From positions 137,206 to 201,205 of the forward strand of contig JBAYJA010000001.1 in NCBI GenBank assembly GCA_041665345.1: a stretch of DNA of 64,000 bases. Direction: 5' to 3'. The stretch comes from Patescibacteria group bacterium. Its GTDB lineage: Bacteria; Patescibacteriota; Patescibacteriia; PEXW01. Positions 63,731-64,000 of the stretch are shown piece by piece. Every line of letters begins with the position of its first letter. The first letter of the stretch is position 1. A program made the position numbers and the translations under genes. The notes under the pieces were generated by a model. The model searched no databases. It was not told the origin of the DNA and worked only from the letters and a program-made list of their open reading frames with translations.

Positions 63731-64000
63731 TTAGAGACTTAGTTAGTTCTGTTGAACAGGAAAAAGCCCCAACGGTCGTTGGTTGGACAGGATTCTGATT
63801 TGGTGCAGTATTTTTGAATTAGTCCGAACGCAATTCGCCGCCTGTGGCGGCGAGGAAATCCCCCTACGAAGATTCGGAAATGTGGCGGAGCCGCACCGCT
63901 AACAATTTCAAATTTTCTTTGGTGGTATTTAAAACAATTTCAAAGGAAAGAACAAAGTGCTTTTAAAAATTTATTTCTGAAAAGGTGCAAGTATTCTGCG

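Overview
This 64-kb window is a compact bacterial chromosomal segment of about 50-55% GC, with most genes on the + strand. Several features are reminiscent of a metabolically reduced, salvage-dependent lineage such as Patescibacteria/CPR, but this placement is tentative. The supporting features are an archaeal-type AMP phosphorylase, an NAD pathway that is salvage-only, a short pyruvate kinase, non-oxidative pentose-phosphate genes, many Asn/Thr-rich (NTN) linkers, and many families of short intergenic repeats.

Recognisable content, in order:
- 1-1140: 3' part of rpoD, then tRNA-Asn.
- 1140-1720: a low-GC islet carrying only a CDA-fold deaminase, flanked by a duplicated tRNA 3' end.
- 2560-3570: pyruvate kinase.
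- 3580-7600: a run of small genes, each bracketed by a repeated cassette made of a UUCG-tetraloop terminator followed by a CTTGACATTT-type promoter.
- 4841-5902: an ADP-ribosylglycohydrolase.
- 7700-22600: an NAD-salvage/ADP-ribose gene cluster. It contains an NrtR-like Nudix regulator, PncA, a fused NadD-NadK, an ADP-ribose Nudix hydrolase, PncB, a deoxyribosyltransferase-like protein and NadE.
- 8839-13247: embedded in that cluster, a tightly coupled four-gene operon. It encodes a kinase-like protein, a vWA protein, a divergent PurA-like (adenylosuccinate-synthetase family) paralogue and a HeH/SAP-like protein. Across a bidirectional terminator it faces a 656-aa protein with a Pol-beta nucleotidyltransferase motif. 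I could not assign this operon to any described system, and it is my top candidate for something novel.
- 22900-26400: a redox cluster with a tandem cytochrome b5 protein, three tandem 69-aa membrane paralogues, SOD and a ferric-reductase-like membrane protein.
- 30000-32500: a MarR regulator and ABC exporter.
- 34900-44450: SUF Fe-S assembly genes (iscR-sufCBD, sufS, sufU, ferredoxin).
- 46700-56100: a copper locus with a BlaI/BlaR1-type regulator pair, an HMA membrane protein, CopZ, cupredoxin-like proteins and CopA. It is interrupted by a low-GC methyltransferase and by a 2.3-kb GC-rich insertion flanked by 27-bp direct repeats.
- 56200-63700: three membrane-anchored DsbA paralogues around lgt, plus rpiB-rpe-fba and a pfkB kinase.

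I found no CRISPR array, rRNA gene, integrase or transposase.
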